A stretch of DNA of 64,000 nucleotides from Paraspadella gotoi (GCA_051294375.1 CM119267.1:3860223-3924222), one strand, 5' to 3'; shown: positions 10,074 through 23,450, counted from the first letter of the stretch. Notes: generated from the sequence alone by a model not told the origin. A program made the numbers and translations.

Positions 10074-13000
10074 ACATAAAATAAAATAGAGGATATTGTT
10101 TGTTTTGATAAAATGTAAACAAAACATATTTAATAACTGTCCTAACCCAATTTTAAGGACATCGATGATGTTAAGTTGTATATAAATTTAAAATTAATTA
10201 TTACATATTAAAATTAATTAATTAATCGATTAATTAATTATTTATTTATCGTAGGCAGATCCGACATCGTTTGCTCAAACTTGTTTCCTTTTTTTCTTTT
10301 TTAGCTTTAATTCAAAATCAAATTTATTGTAAATTTTATTAGATTTTTGGTTAAGGATTATTAGTGTTAAGAGATAAAGTTAGGTTAGGGGTTTTATTAA
10401 GCATTTAGAGTTAAATAATCTTAAATATTGAAATTAAAATAATATTAAATTAATATTAAAATTTAAACCAAATTTACCAATTACGAAAACAAAATCGGGC
10501 GCTATCGGAAAAATAGTGCCAATTATTTTACTCGAAACAAACTTTTTGAAAAATTATTTTTAAATGATTTATGATTTATGTTTTGAATGAAGGAAATAAT
10601 AAATAAATAAGTTAATAAATAAATAAATAAATAAATGCACCAAAATATCCCATTTTCTCACCTTCATCATTAAATTGTCGGGCTTCAGATCACAATGCAC
10701 GATGTCTTTGTCGTGAAGTTGCTTAATTCCCTTAAGGATCGCGAAGGCCATCCTTCGGACGACATCCTCCGGGAATCCCTCGTACCCTCGTTCCTCGAGA
10801 CGTCCTCGAGGCTGCTGCCGAGAAGTTCGAAGACGAGGATCGTGTGACCCCGGAAGTCATGGTGGAATTCCTTGAGGATACCAAGTTGGAGAGGCCCTCG
10901 GAGCGGCCTTTTCGAGGCTCCTCAAGAGATTCACCTCGCGACGAGCCTCTTTTAAGAGCGACCCTGTACTGGCGAAGGATTTTGAGAGCGACCGTTTGGG
11001 AAGTCTTGTGGTCGATGGCCTTTACCACTTGGCCGAAGCTTTCCTTCGCCTGGAGAGAGGAAGTGGGGGGTTAAAAAGCAAACGATCTTTAATAAAACGA
11101 GGCGATATTTAATTAAGTCGAAAGTTTTCCAAAAAAATAAGTATTTAAATGTATCAAAAAAAAAAAAAAAAATCGGACCGAAACTTACCTAAAACTTGGA
11201 GAATTTCGTATCGAAATAGGACGTGGTCACCGGAAGGAAGTTATAAATTCCCTTTTCGTCATTGAACACGAGTTGATCGTCGACGACAAAATGTTCGTTT
11301 TTCCTGTTAAATAAAGAGAATTAAAGTTAATTATGAACTATAATAATAATAATTTATAAACTAAAAAATATCTCAAACGAGTTAGCAAATGTTTTATTGT
11401 TAAAACGCGATTCCAATAGCCCAATCGAAAAGCGAACAAAATTTTTAACTTTTAAAAAAATAATAAAATTTACTCTCGAATATCGCGGATTTTCATTGTT
11501 TAATATCGATCAAAGTTAAATTCTTTTTTTTTTCACTTTCGATCTTAATATTCAATTTTCTCAACGCATAATAATTTTTTAAACTAATGATGACATAAAG
11601 AATTAAGTTTTTAAATATGTTAACATTTACATGTTCTTACTGTTTACATTTACAAGTATACAATCGCCACTTACCTTTGAGCGTCGACGCCGCCGAAGTA
11701 AATTTCGCTAAAGTTCTTCGCTTCCTCCTCCTCCCATTGAGTCAAGTTTTCAAAGAAGGGTGTGGAGTAGGACTCGGGCGGGAGGAGTAGGAGGGCGAAC
11801 GGGAGCCGGAACCGGCGCCGGCGTTGGCGCACGGTATCGGGACGCCGACATTTTCGCCAAGAGGTTTGAACGCCGTCACGAATTCCTCATTGCGCTGATC
11901 GCTGACGGAGGAGTAGGAGGAAGTTCTGGGGGCGGGAGGCGTGGAAGGAAAGTAGAGAGGGGGAGACTCGAAGGTCGAGTAGTAGGAGGAGAAGGATTGG
12001 CGTAGGGAATGAGGTTAGGAGCGTAGCGATGCTTTCTCGCGAACGGGAGCCATGGCGTTAATACGGAGAGAAAAGATAGAGAGCGAGACGGAGTTTAGTT
12101 TATGTGGTAAATATGGATTACGGAGTTTCGTAATTTGGGAATTTGAGAGTTTTGATAATCGGAAAATTAAGATTTAAATATTCCGAAAATAAGATTGAAA
12201 AAAAAACCCGTATGGAGATTTTCACAATGCGATTAGACGTTTGGTCAAAAATGAGATAAAATTCGTTTCGATTCGAGAAAATTGGTTTTCGTCCAAGAAA
12301 ATTTGGGGAAATGTGAGAGACGGAGACAATGTCGTGGGTTTTAAATGGGAAGAAGAGGAAGAGGGAATAGAGAGAGAGAGAGATCGAGGGATCGAAGAGG
12401 AGAAGAGGAAGAGGGAGAGACAGGAGAGAGAGAGAGAGATCGAGGGTTCGAAGGAGGAGGAAGAGGGAGAGACAGAGAGGGAGAGAGAGAGAGAGATCGA
12501 GGGTTCGAAGGAGGAGGAAGAGGAAGAGAGAGAGATAGGGAGAGAGAGATGCCACGGATCGAGAGTCTTTGTCTTCGTCTTCACTTTCGTCTCTTCGTCT
12601 CTCTTCTTTTCTCGACACCATAAAATTCCTTCCTCTTCCTTGTCGTTGTTGTCGTCGTCTTCGTCATGGTGTATCTATTAATTAATGTAAAGTATAATTT
12701 TCATCAATTTTTTTTTTAATTTCAATTTTAAATTATTAATTAAAACTTTTATCCGATATATTTCCTCTGTATCTTTTTCTTCTTTTTCGTTGCCTTCGAA
12801 TTCACAAGTTGATTAAATTATGCAAGTTGACCAAGTTAGCTTAATTATTATTGACCTGGAATTTTGTATGTGAGTAGAAAAGTGTGTGATTGAACAGGAA
12901 ACCAAGTTTCGATGGAATCTTTTGAGTGGAAATGAGTTTAAATGGAAAAAAACAAAAAACCTGTTTCACTAATTAATTATGCTTTTTTTTATTTTTATAT

Positions 13001-14132
13001 TAAATGTAAATGCAGGATGTATTAATAAATCAAATAATTAATCAGTTAATTAATCAATTAGTCAATTAATTAATCAATAATTAATTAATAAGTCAATGAA
13101 TCCGTCCATCCGTCCCACCTTAGCAAAAAGCTCCAATAACTCGTGATTGGCTGGTTGGATTGGAATGGAATTTTGTGTGTGGGTAGGAAAGTGTGTGATA
13201 AAGCTGGATATAAAGTTTCGACGGAATCGTGTGAATGGAAATGAGTTTAAGTGGAAAAAACATAAGTCGCATTTACTAAAATATTTTTACTTATTTTAAC
13301 TAATAAGTATTTTAATTAATCATAATTGGATGGATAAATTGAGTTCAAATTTTTTGTGTGGGTAGAAAAATGTGTAACGATGCTTGATATAAAGTTTCGT
13401 TGGAACGTACGAGTGGAAATGAGTTAAATGAAAAAAAATATGAGTCACATTTACTTGAATCTTTTTACTTATTTTAACCCATAATAGATTGAGATGAAAT
13501 ATTTGTTAGCGGGTAGAGAGAGAGAGAGCGAGAAAAATGAGCATAAGGATCGTCGCAATTGCAAAGAGAGAGAGAGAGGAGCAGAAAAATGAGCATAAGG
13601 ATCGTTGCAATGCAGAGAGAGAGAGAGAGAGAAAAAAGAGAGCAATCGAGATTAAAATTAGCAAATAAAAAAGTTGTTATTTTACTCACTGAATAAAAAT
13701 ACTTAAAATACTTACAAAATACATAAAATTGATAAAAATATTATTCCGATAACATTGTTTAATCACATGTAATATATCTAGTAAGGCGGGCCAAAATTGA
13801 ACATTTTTTATAACTTCTAGTTCTCTTTAAAATTTTTTTTTTCCTTTTATTACTAAATCGATTTTCAATGTAACTTTTTGAATAGTTCATTGGGTTGTTG
13901 CACTGAAGCTTTTAAATATTTATAATATATAATAATTATATAAAGTTTTGACGGAATTGTGCCAGTGGAAATGAGTTTAGATGGAAAAAACATAAGTCAC
14001 ATTTACTTGAATCTTTAATATTAATGAATTACTAATAAATGTTTTATTAATTAATTAATTAATTAATTAATTAGAAAAAATGATGCAAGTTAAAAGAATC
14101 TTAAAGCATAAAGATCGTCGCAATTGCATAAA

Positions 14133-14188
<56 letters not shown>

Positions 14189-16175
14189 AAATAAAATAGA
14201 GGATATTGTTTGTTTTGATAAAATGTAAACAAAACATATTTAATAACTGTCCTAACCCAATTTTAAGGACATCGATGATGTTAAGTTGTATATAAATTTA
14301 AAATTAATTATTACATATTAAAATTAATTAATTAATCGATTAATTAATTATTTATTTATCGTAGGCAGATCCGACATCGTTTGCTCAAACTTGTTTCCTT
14401 TTTTTTCTTTTTTAGCTTTAATTCAAAATCAAATTTATTGTAAATTTTTATTAGATTTTTGGTTAAGGATTATTAGTGTTAAGAGATAAAGTTAGGTTTA
14501 GGGGTTTTATTAAGCATTTAGAGTTAAATAATCTTAAAATATTGAAATTAAAATAATATTAAATTAATATTAAAATTTAAACCAAATTTACCAATTACGA
14601 AAACAAAATCGGGCGCTATCGGAAAATAGTGCCAATTATTTTACTCGAAACAAACTTTTGAAAAATTATTTTTAAATGATTTATGATTTATGTTTTGAAT
14701 GAAGGAAATAATAAATAAATAAGTTAATAAATAAATAAATAAATAAATGCACCAAAATATCCCATTTTCTCACCTTCATCATTAAATTGTCGGGCTTCAG
14801 ATCACAATGCACGATGTCTTTGTCGTGAAGTTGCTTAATTCCCTTAAGGATCGCGAAGGCCATCCTTCGGACGACATCCTCCGGGAATCCCTCGTACCCT
14901 CGTTCCTCGAGACGGTCCTCGAGGCTGCTGCCGAGAAGTTCGAAGACGAGGATCGTGTGACCCCGGAAGTCATGGTGGAATTCCTTGAGGATTACCAAGT
15001 TGGAGAGGCCCTCGGGAGCGGCCTTTTCGAGGCTCCTCAAGAGATTCACCTCGCGACGAGCCTCTTTAAGAGCGACCCTGTACTGGCGAAGGATTTTGAG
15101 AGCGACCGTTTGGGAAGTCTTGTGGTCGATGGCCTTTACCACTTGGCCGAAGCTTCCTTCGCCTGGAGAGAGGAAGTGGGGGGTTAAAAAGCAAACGATC
15201 TTTAATAAAACGAGGCGATATTTAATTAAGTCGAAAGTTTTCCAAAAAAATAAGTATTTAAATGTATCAAAAAAAAAAAAAAAATCGGACCGAAACTTAC
15301 CTAAAACTTGGAGAATTTCGTATCGAAATAGGACGTGGTCACCGGGAAGGAAGTTATAAATTCCCTTTTCGTCATTGAACACGAGTTGATCGTCGACGAC
15401 AAAATGTTCGTTTTTCCTGTTAAATAAAGAGAATTTAAAGTTAATTATGAACTATAATAATAATAATTTATAAACTAAAAATATCTCAAACGAGTTAGCA
15501 AATGTTTCATTGTTAAAACGCGATTCCAATAGCCCAATCGAAAAGCGAACTCTACAAAATTTTTAACTTTTAAAAAAATAATAAAATTTACTCTCGAATA
15601 TCGCGGATTTTCATTGTTTAATATCGATCAAAGTTAAATTCTTTTTTTTTTTCACTTTCGATCTTAATATTCAATTTTCTCAACGCATAATAATTTTTAA
15701 ACTAATGATGACATAAAGAATTAAGTTTTTAAATATGTTAACATTTACATGTTTACATTTACAAGTATACAATCGCCACTTACCTTTGAGCGTCGACGCC
15801 GCCGAAGTAAATTTCGCTAAAGTTCTTCGCTTCCTCCTCCTCCCATTGAGTCAAGTTTTTCAAAGAAGGGTGTGGAGTAGGACTCGGGGCGGGAGGAGTA
15901 GGAGGGCGAACGGGAGCCGGAACCGGCGCCGGAACCGGCGCCGGCGCCGTCGACGGTATCGGGACGCCGACATTTTCGCCAAGAGGTTTGAACGCCGTCA
16001 CGAATTCCTCATTGCGCTGATCGCTGACGAGAGGAGTAGGAGGAAGTTCTGGGGGCGGGAGGCGTGGAAGGAAAGTAGAGAGGGGGAGACTCGAAGGTCG
16101 AGTAGTAGGAGGAGAAGGATTGGCGTAGGGAATGAGGTTAGGAGCGTAGCGATGCTTCTCGCGAACGGGAGCCAT
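6166..16175 (-). CDS. Divergent class-2 DYRK-like (DYRK2/3/4-related) protein kinase, 4 exons, 532 aa: join of 16175-15784, 15416-15301, 15162-14774, 6867-6166
   Basis: GCCATGG start; Pro-rich N-terminus; NAPA-like LTQWEEEEAKNFSEIYFGG; DH-box-like FNDEKGIYNFLPGDHVLFRYE; GEGSFGQVVKAIDHK, VALK, HCDLKPDN, KVIDLG, FYRAPE, DMWSYGCIVAELLTG, RGPPGS, ALAHPW. GT-AG introns of phase 2, 1, 0 give one open frame (392+116+389+702 nt). Confidence 0.9.
7197..10286 (+). mobile_element. Long (possibly composite) DINE-1/HINE-like Helentron derivative in kinase intron 3
   Basis: 5' T-run + AGTCGGATCTGC with adjacent inverted copy GCAGATCCCGACT; GTCC/GTCT microsatellite (~7364-7385); repeated internal units; 3' GCAGATCCGAC (10255-10265), GTTTG-CT-CAAAC hairpin and T's. 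Confidence 0.65.
7975..8733. repeat. 18-bp minisatellite (TGCCAGTTGACCAAATTA and variants), ~40 copies
   Basis: Direct reading; variants occur in blocks. Confidence 0.95.
10662..12053 (-). pseudogene. Frameshifted duplicate of DYRK-like exons 1-3 (pseudogene or error-containing redundant assembly)
   Basis: Same exons and splice sites as 14774-16175, with several 1-nt homopolymer indels (e.g. GACGTCC vs GACGGTCC, GGATACC vs GGATTACC, CACCGGAAGG vs CACCGGGAAGG). Confidence 0.75.
14774..15162 (-). CDS. DYRK-like kinase exon 3 (subdomains I-VIb)
   Basis: CTCTCCAG acceptor; (G)EGSFGQVVKAIDHKTSQTVALK...HCDLKPDNLMMK; AAG|GTGAG donor. Confidence 0.92.
15301..15416 (-). CDS. DYRK-like kinase exon 2 (DH box)
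   Basis: TTTAACAG acceptor; KNEHFVVDDQLVFNDEKGIYNFLPGDHVLFRYEILQVL; TTAG|GTAAG donor. Confidence 0.9.
15784..16175 (-). CDS. DYRK-like kinase exon 1 (Pro-rich region + NAPA-like motif)
   Basis: ATG in GCCATGG context; open to ...EIYFGGVDAQ; AAG|GTAAGT donor. An upstream exon cannot be excluded. Confidence 0.85.
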
Positions 16176-16942
16176 GGCGTTAATACGGAGAGAAAAGATA
16201 GAGAGCGAGACGGAGTTTAGTTTATGTGGTAAATATGGATTACGGAGTTTCGTAAATTGGGAATTTGAGAGTTTTATAATCGGAAATTAAGATTTAAATA
16301 TTCCGAAAATAAGATTGAAAAAAAACCCGTATGGAGATTTTCACAATGCGATTAGACGTTTGGTCAAAATGAGATAAAATTCGTTTCGATTCGAGAAAAT
16401 TGGTTTTCGTCCAAGAAAATTTGGGGAAATGTGAGAGACGGAGACAATGTCGTGGGTTTTAAATGGGGAAGAAGAGGGAAGAGGGAGATAGAGAGAGAGA
16501 GAGATCGAGGGATCGAAGGAGGAGGAAGAGGGAAGAGGGAGAGACAGGGAGAGAGAGAGAGAGATCGAGGGTTCGAAGGAGGAGGAAGAGGGAGAGACAG
16601 AGAGGGAGAGAGAGAGAGAGATCGAGGGTTCGAAGGAGGAGGAAGAGGGAAGAGAGAGAGATAGGGAGAGAGAGATGCCACGGAATCGAGAGTCTTTGTC
16701 TTCGTCTTCACTTTCGTCTCTTCGTCTCTCTTCTTTTCTCGACACCATAAATTCTCTTCCTCTTCCTTGTCGTTGTTGTCGTCGTCTTCGTCATGGTGTA
16801 TCTATTTAATTTAATGTAAATATAATTTTCATCAATTTTTTTTTTAATTTCAATTTAAATTATTAATTAAAACTTTTATCCGAATATATTTTCCTCTGTA
16901 TCTTTTTCTTCTTTTTCGTTGCCTTCGAATTCACTTACTCAC

Positions 16943-16978
<36 letters not shown>

Positions 16979-18323
16979 GGGTAAGGTGCAGCGAGGGATA
17001 TCAAAAAATTTCGAAGACCGTTGACTGAAATTTAGTCGTCGTCGTCGTCGTCTTTTTTGCAGTAATCGAGTCCGGCCAACTTGGTATAGGGTAAGCTCGA
17101 GTTAGTAGTAGTAGTACTAATAGTAGTAGTAGTACTAAGTTCTATACAAAGGTTATCATACAGCCGAAACGTGTCCGTTTTCCTTCTTCTTGTAAAATAA
17201 ACAAATTTTGTCGTTGTTGTCACCTGATATGAAACTGTATGGAATTGGTATACAACAAATTAAAAAGTTTGAGGCGACTTACCACTGGCCTCCGTTACTG
17301 TCCTTCCTTCTAATCTCTTTCGGGTCGGTCAGTGACTACGGTCACTTCGCCCACTTCGACCTTAGATCTTAGACCGGACGCATCAATAGGACCGACGAGA
17401 CCCAGAGACCCTAAGGTCATGTTATCCATTCATTCAATAAATTAAAGATTTCTTGCCGAGCAGCTGTCTCTTACTCTTTTTATGGTCGTTTGGTCAATTT
17501 TTCGGCCAATTTTTCGATCGCTTGGCATTTTTTACTGGCCACTACTTGAAACCTCACAGAATGCGTTTCCTCCTGTTAGAAATCCTGTTTGACGAGTTTT
17601 TGATGTACTTTTTTCATGATAGAATAAAGGTTAGACGAAATAACATTTTTTTAAAGTTTTTCACAACGAATTTTATTTTTGTAACAGCACACATGTTTCG
17701 AACGTGCATTTCGTTCTTCATCAGTGCTTTATCTGAATTACATAAAATTTGGTAGTTTAATGTTGATATTGAGAGAGAGAAGACAAAAGGATAAAGCTTC
17801 CAACAAAGGATTGAGGGAAAGGCAACATTAGAGGGTGAGGACAGCTGAAGTTTTAGCTCAGATTGAGGGATACAGAAGTGAAAAGAAAATGAAATGAAAT
17901 GAAAAAACAAACAGGAAAAAGGTTCAAATATTTATTGCGACTTTCTTCTTCAACTCGTGATAAACCCTTCGAACGGGGCGAAGCTAAAATAGTAAAATAG
18001 TAAGGGCGAAGACAAAACTTCTTCACACCGACTTTGGACAGGCGATTTCCGTTGGACACCATTTTTGTTTTCTGACGGAGTTTTATTAAAAATCTCACTT
18101 GCTTTTTCTTATTTAATTTATTGGTTATTGGTTGGTAGGCAAGTTGGTTGGTTGGGAAAGAGAAGCAATATCACCGAGTATTAAATTGGTAGAACCAATA
18201 TATAAATTATTGATTCATTCAATCACTAAGATATCTTGTCCCCTTACTTAGGCTATGGTAGACTCAATCATTCTTATAAGATATTTCATAAAATTCTGCT
18301 CCTTGTATTTTGATGCTGTACAA

Positions 18324-18879
18324 TAAGGCGTAGTGAAAGTTGCAGATTAAAATTCGAATAGTTTGATTGATATATAAAAAAAAATGTTTTTAATTTATAA
18401 AGTTTCGCATATGCCCATATTTATACAGTACTTACCATAGAAAATTTCAAAAAAATGAAAAATAAGTTTTTTTTAGTTTTGAAAGCAGATTCGAATTTCC
18501 CATTAAAAGTTGATAGAAGAAAATATAAGTTTTAATCAAAAATCATTTCATTAAGTTAGCTAAAAAATTTTTAAAATTTTAATTAAATTATAGGTTAACT
18601 ATAACAGTTAAGATTTTAACCCACTTAATGAATAATTTTCTAAAAAGAGTTATATTTACTTTTATCAACTTTTCGTGAGGAATTCGAATCTGCTTTCAAA
18701 AATAGGAAAAAAACATTTTAAAATTTTACCATTTTTATGTATAAATATGGGCGTATGCAAAAATTGAAAAATAAAAAAATAAATTTTTTTATTTAAAAAT
18801 GTTCATAGGTACAAGCCAGTTTATGATCTACTATTCGAATTTTGATTCTACTCGAGTTTAATATTTTTGCTACGCTTTA
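18324..18879. mobile_element. ~555-bp fold-back MITE-like element
   Basis: Nested inverted pairs: TAAGGCGTAG/CTACGCTTTA, AAATTCGAATAGT/ACTATTCGAATTT, GCCCATATTTATACA/TGTATAAATATGGGC, TTTGAAAGCAGATTCGAATT/AATTCGAATCTGCTTTCAAA, TTCATTAAGT/ACTTAATGAA. Confidence 0.8.
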
Positions 18880-18934
18880 CGTATTCCTCGATCTAATACT
18901 TAAGGGAGTGTTCTTTTTATACAATTGAAACATT

Positions 18935-19140
18935 ATACCACTTCATTGATAGGGAAGCCAGGTACTCTGGGAGTGAATAAACGAGACTGTGTGAGAGTCT
19001 TTTTTAAAAGCTTGCAGGGACCTGCTATGTCATTATCTTGTAAGAGTGATGTAGGCCTTAAACCACCAAAGCCTGTCCAAAGTCAGAGGCAAGATAGCTT
19101 AGTTATTAACTGAATGGATAATTTTTATGTTTGTATTGAA
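18935..19140 (+). repeat. Interspersed repeat family X
   Basis: ACCACTT.ATTGATAGG.AAGCCAGGTACTCTGGGAGT...GGCCTTAAACCACCAAAGC..GTCCAAAGTCAG, shared with other copies. Confidence 0.75.
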
Positions 19141-20396
19141 CTAAGTTCGGAGAAGTGGCTGTCTTTGAATTTTAACTGTCTAGGCTTATTCTGCGCATTG
19201 AAGACCAAATAAATTCGGGTATAAATGGCGCAGAAGAGACGATGACGCCGGTCATGACGCCCTGGAGATGATGACCACAAAGTCTCAGTAGATTACGTCG
19301 GCTAAGGCCGAAAGGACGACGATCTACAAATCCCAGGACTTGACGAAAGGTCAATGACGTGTCTGATGCTTGTGAGAATAGTCTGTAGTTGTTTGTAGTA
19401 GTCTTGAGTCGTAGTCTGTAGTAGTTAGAAGTCTTGGGCAAGGAATAACAAAACATTTAGTACAAACTCAACAAATATATATAAGTTTAAAGTGTCTTTT
19501 ACTTGTTTCTGAAGCCAATAATAAACAAAAAGAGATGCTTCTCTCATAGAAAAGTTCAAACCAGCGATCACACAAAAAATAAGATTCCGAGATATCTAAA
19601 AAGAGTTTAAATGCTCTGAAAAGAACTAAAAACCCAGTGACAACTTTGAGATCTGAAGATACCACGTGGACAAAATTCGAAATCACGGGAACCAATCAGA
19701 ATCAGCTGTACACTGCCTTCGGAATTCTGTACTTAGGTATAAACAAAAGAGAGCCTAAAGATGTCGTGGCGATCGCTAGAACGGAGGCATTTTCGATGTC
19801 AGTAATAAAGAAGCATGGAGAGAAAAGGTAGAGAAGCTGGATTTCCTCGTAATATAAAAGATAGTTATTTCGTAACAATGTTGGTTGTACCAATTTGAAA
19901 ATAACCAAGAAAAACCCTTGTATAATTTTTGCTTCATCCCGAAAACGTGATCATTTGTTAGCCCCACTTCCGCTTTTTGTTTTTCACTGCTTCGAATTTC
20001 TGCTTATTCAACGCCGTTTATTTTGAAGTTTAAACGCCGATTTATTGTTCATTTATCGTTGATGTAATCGTTTAAATAGTGTGATTATTTTAATTGCGTT
20101 TATTAACTTTATAATGAAACATTTTATATTAAACTGTTATTTTGTCTGTTTTTCAGCCCAGCGGATTCTTTCGATTATTTACGGCTTCTTTCTCGGATTC
20201 CCTTCCGATTTCTCATCGGATTCTCACGTATGTTTACTGCTGCATTTCGGTTCCAATTACCGTTTCTTGACGGTCTCTTATCGGCTTCTTTTACGGCTTC
20301 CTTTATGGGTTTTAAATCATTATGAAATATGAAATATTATGGATATTTGCTTACTTTAAATGTTTATACTGTGGCTACGAATTCGTTTATATATGT

Positions 20397-20899
20397 AACA
20401 AGTTTGAGCAAACTGTCGGATCTGCCCACGATCTTTATCGGTAATTAATTATTAATTAATTATTTAAGTTAATATTATTTAATTAATGATTAATTAACTA
20501 ATTGATTAATTATTTGATTAATTAATACATCTTGCATTTACATTTAAAATAAAAAGAAAAAGAAGCATAATCAATTAGTGAAATAGGTTGTTTTATCCAT
20601 TTAAACTCATTTCCATTCAAACGATTCCATCGAAACTTCATATACAGCTCAATCACACACTTCCTTACCCACACACAAAATTTTATTCCAATCCATCCAT
20701 CCAATCACGAGTAATTGGTCTTTTTTTGCTAAGGTGGGACGGACGGACATCGTTGTTTTTTTTTTTTGCATAATTTATCATAAATCGATGTTCTGACATG
20801 ATATAAGCGAGTGCCCAACAATATTGAAGGGGCGCACCGACGGACCGACAAAGTGAATTACAGAGTCGGGATCTGCTGAAAGCAGATCCGACTAAAAAA
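20397..20899 (-). mobile_element. Complete short (~500 bp) DINE-1/HINE-like Helentron derivative
   Basis: Both ends present in reverse: AACAAGTTTGAGCAAAC hairpin + GTCGGATCTGC; one internal unit; GGAC microsatellite; AGTCGGGATCTGCT-GAA-AGCAGATCCGACT + A-run. Confidence 0.8.
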
Positions 20900-22789
20900 T
20901 ATGCCTAAACTTTGAAACACGTCTACAATGTACGACACAGTAAGTGTCCCCTCCTAGGTTTAGTTAGAAACCATAACAACCCTGCTATCTAAACGAGTAA
21001 AATATTCCAATTTTAGACAAATTTTAAGTACCTTAAAAATAACAAGTTTGAACAAACAATGCCTGATATGCTCACCATAATTTTGCGGTAATTAAATTTT
21101 GTAATTATATACTCAATCATTATTATTATTATTATTATTCGTTAGCTTTGACACGATGACTAATCGAGTCTCATCTCTGACTTTGGCGCCAAGCGGTAAA
21201 GAGCCAATCAAATGTCGCGCCTCGACCATTACCCGTTAGGTTCGACCCTCTGGCGGCAGCTTTGACCCCTGACTGACCGCATTGACCCACATTTGGCCGC
21301 GTCGCTTGGCAACGGGAACTCTTTCTTTCTCTCTCTCTTTCTGTGGGAGACTGTATTAAAAAACATTGTTTGAGCACTTAGCTCTAACCTAATTTTTACC
21401 TTGTAGATTACACTCTCAAAAATAAGAATCAATCCAAATCGAGATTTTAATAATAAAATAATCAGAGCAACAAGAGTGAGCTACTGAGAAATAGAGAGCC
21501 AGAGAGAGAGCTCGAGAGAGAGCTCAAAGCTGTACAAAAATAATAATTTAAATGATTAGAATTCATTTCAAAAAGTTACAAATATTTCATTATGTTACCT
21601 AATGTTTCCTGGGCAATCTCCTAAAAGTTCAAAGTTTACTTGCCCTTTTATACTTCTTTAAAATTTAAATAGACCAATTAAAAACGACTTTCGACTTTTG
21701 AGAATACTACCAATAATTGGATCAGAAAGGTCTCGTCCAATCAGAATTAAGAACCAAATAATAACCAATGAAATCATAGAATAGAGGACGAGTTTGAGAA
21801 TTAAAGCTAGTAACGTTATTGGTATTCCATATAAAACCGAATATTAATTTCGAAAACTAATTAAATATTTCTAAACTATTTAACATTCCATATAAAACCG
21901 AATATTAATTTTGAAAATTAATTAAATATTTATAAACTATTTAACACTCTCCTTCTCCGCGGGGCTGTTTTACTCTCTTCTATACTCTTCTCTTCTCTTT
22001 CCCTTTTCTCTCCCTTTCTTCTGTCTTTAATCCTCGTCGCTTTTCGTTCCTTCCCACCTCTCTTTTCCTCTCTCTCCCCTTCTTTTCTTTTCTCATCTCT
22101 TTTCATTCCTCCTCACCTCTCTTTTCCTCTCTCTCTCCTTCTTTCATCCCCATTTCTCATTTTTTCTCTCTCCCCTTCTTTCCTTTCCTCTTCTCTTTTC
22201 ATTCCTCCCCACCTCTCTTCTCTCTCTCCCCTTCTTTCCTTTCCTACTCTCTTTTCATTCCTCCGCACCTCTTTTCCTCTCTCGCTCAGCAGGCGCCTCG
22301 GGGTGACAGGCGTCAGTTTATCAGTCATCTCTTTTTCTCTGCTTCTGTGACGTTTTGACGATTACATTTGCGTCTTACCTTTCTGCCTTACCTTCCCTTA
22401 CCTTTGCGTCTTACCTTTCTGCCCACGATCACCGCCTCTTCCTCCTCTTCTTTCTTTTCCTCTTCCTCCTCCTCTTCCTCCTCCTATTTCTTTCCCTCTT
22501 CCTTCTCCTCTTCCTCTTTCCTTCCTCTTCTCTTAAAGGTGAAGGAGAGAGGGGGAGAGCATCGATGACAAAACCGCAAATTGGGTCAGCGGGTAGAATC
22601 GTGTGCGGAAGCTTGGGGGAGGGATGGAAGAGAGAAAATGGGATCGAGAGAGAGAGAGAGAGAGAGAGAAAGAGGAGAGACCTCTTGGCGGATGAAAGAA
22701 AAAAAGAGTCGTTCCCTTATTTTTATGTCATTACCGCCTCGAATATCCGGGGATAATCTGTCGACATTACCATCGTCTCTCTCCTCTCT

Positions 22790-22849
<60 letters not shown>

Positions 22850-23227
22850 CAAAATGACGAATCTTCCTTTCCCTCACCCACTATTTCCACCTCATCCACC
22901 CCCATCCCCCCCAACCCACCATTCCCCCTATCTCCCCCAACCGGAAAATAGAGCTCGTGCGAGTCCATAACTCGTTCGCGAGTCGTTAGATTCATATTTC
23001 GCTTTTTAGCGAAGCTTAATAAAATTCATTCCAAACGTAATTTTCATATTCATCGTATATTCATCGTTCGGTTATGTGACTTGGATTCAGGGAATTTTCT
23101 CTTTTCGCGGAGAGAGAGAGAGAGAGTTATATTGGGGGAAAAGGGACAAAGAACAATCATATTTTGTCGTTGTACTTAATTGTTGATAGTAAATTTGTGC
23201 AAGAAAATTCTTAACTTAGTTGTTCTT

Positions 23228-23450
23228 CGATTTAAAAAAATTCAAGGTTAAATCAAAACATAGTAATTCTCAGTATGATTGACGATTTAAAAAAAATTCA
23301 AGGTTGAATCAAAACATAGTAATTCTCAGTATGATTGACGATTTAAAAAAATTCAAGGTTAAATCAAAACATAGTAATTCTCAGTATGATTGACGATTTA
23401 AAAAAATTCAAGGTTAAATCAAAACATAGTAATTCTCAGTATGATTGACG
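23228..23450. repeat. 55-bp tandem repeat, 4 near-perfect copies
   Basis: CGATTTAAAAAAATTCAAGGTTAAATCAAAACATAGTAATTCTCAGTATGATTGA x4. Confidence 0.95.

Larger units (their letters stand above)
8703..16934. repeat. ~4.1-kb tandem duplication (8703-12804 vs 12805-16934) carrying kinase exons 1-3
   Basis: Junction ...GCCTTCGAATTCAC|AAGTTGATTAAATTATG at ~12805; the copies are colinear and near-identical. Confidence 0.92.

Noticed and set aside
14807-16220. Plus-strand ORFs over kinase exons
   Set aside because: Antisense shadows of GC-rich coding sequence.
17220-20332. Short ORFs that might be decayed transposon coding sequence
   Set aside because: No recognisable RT, integrase or transposase motif; a translated search is needed.
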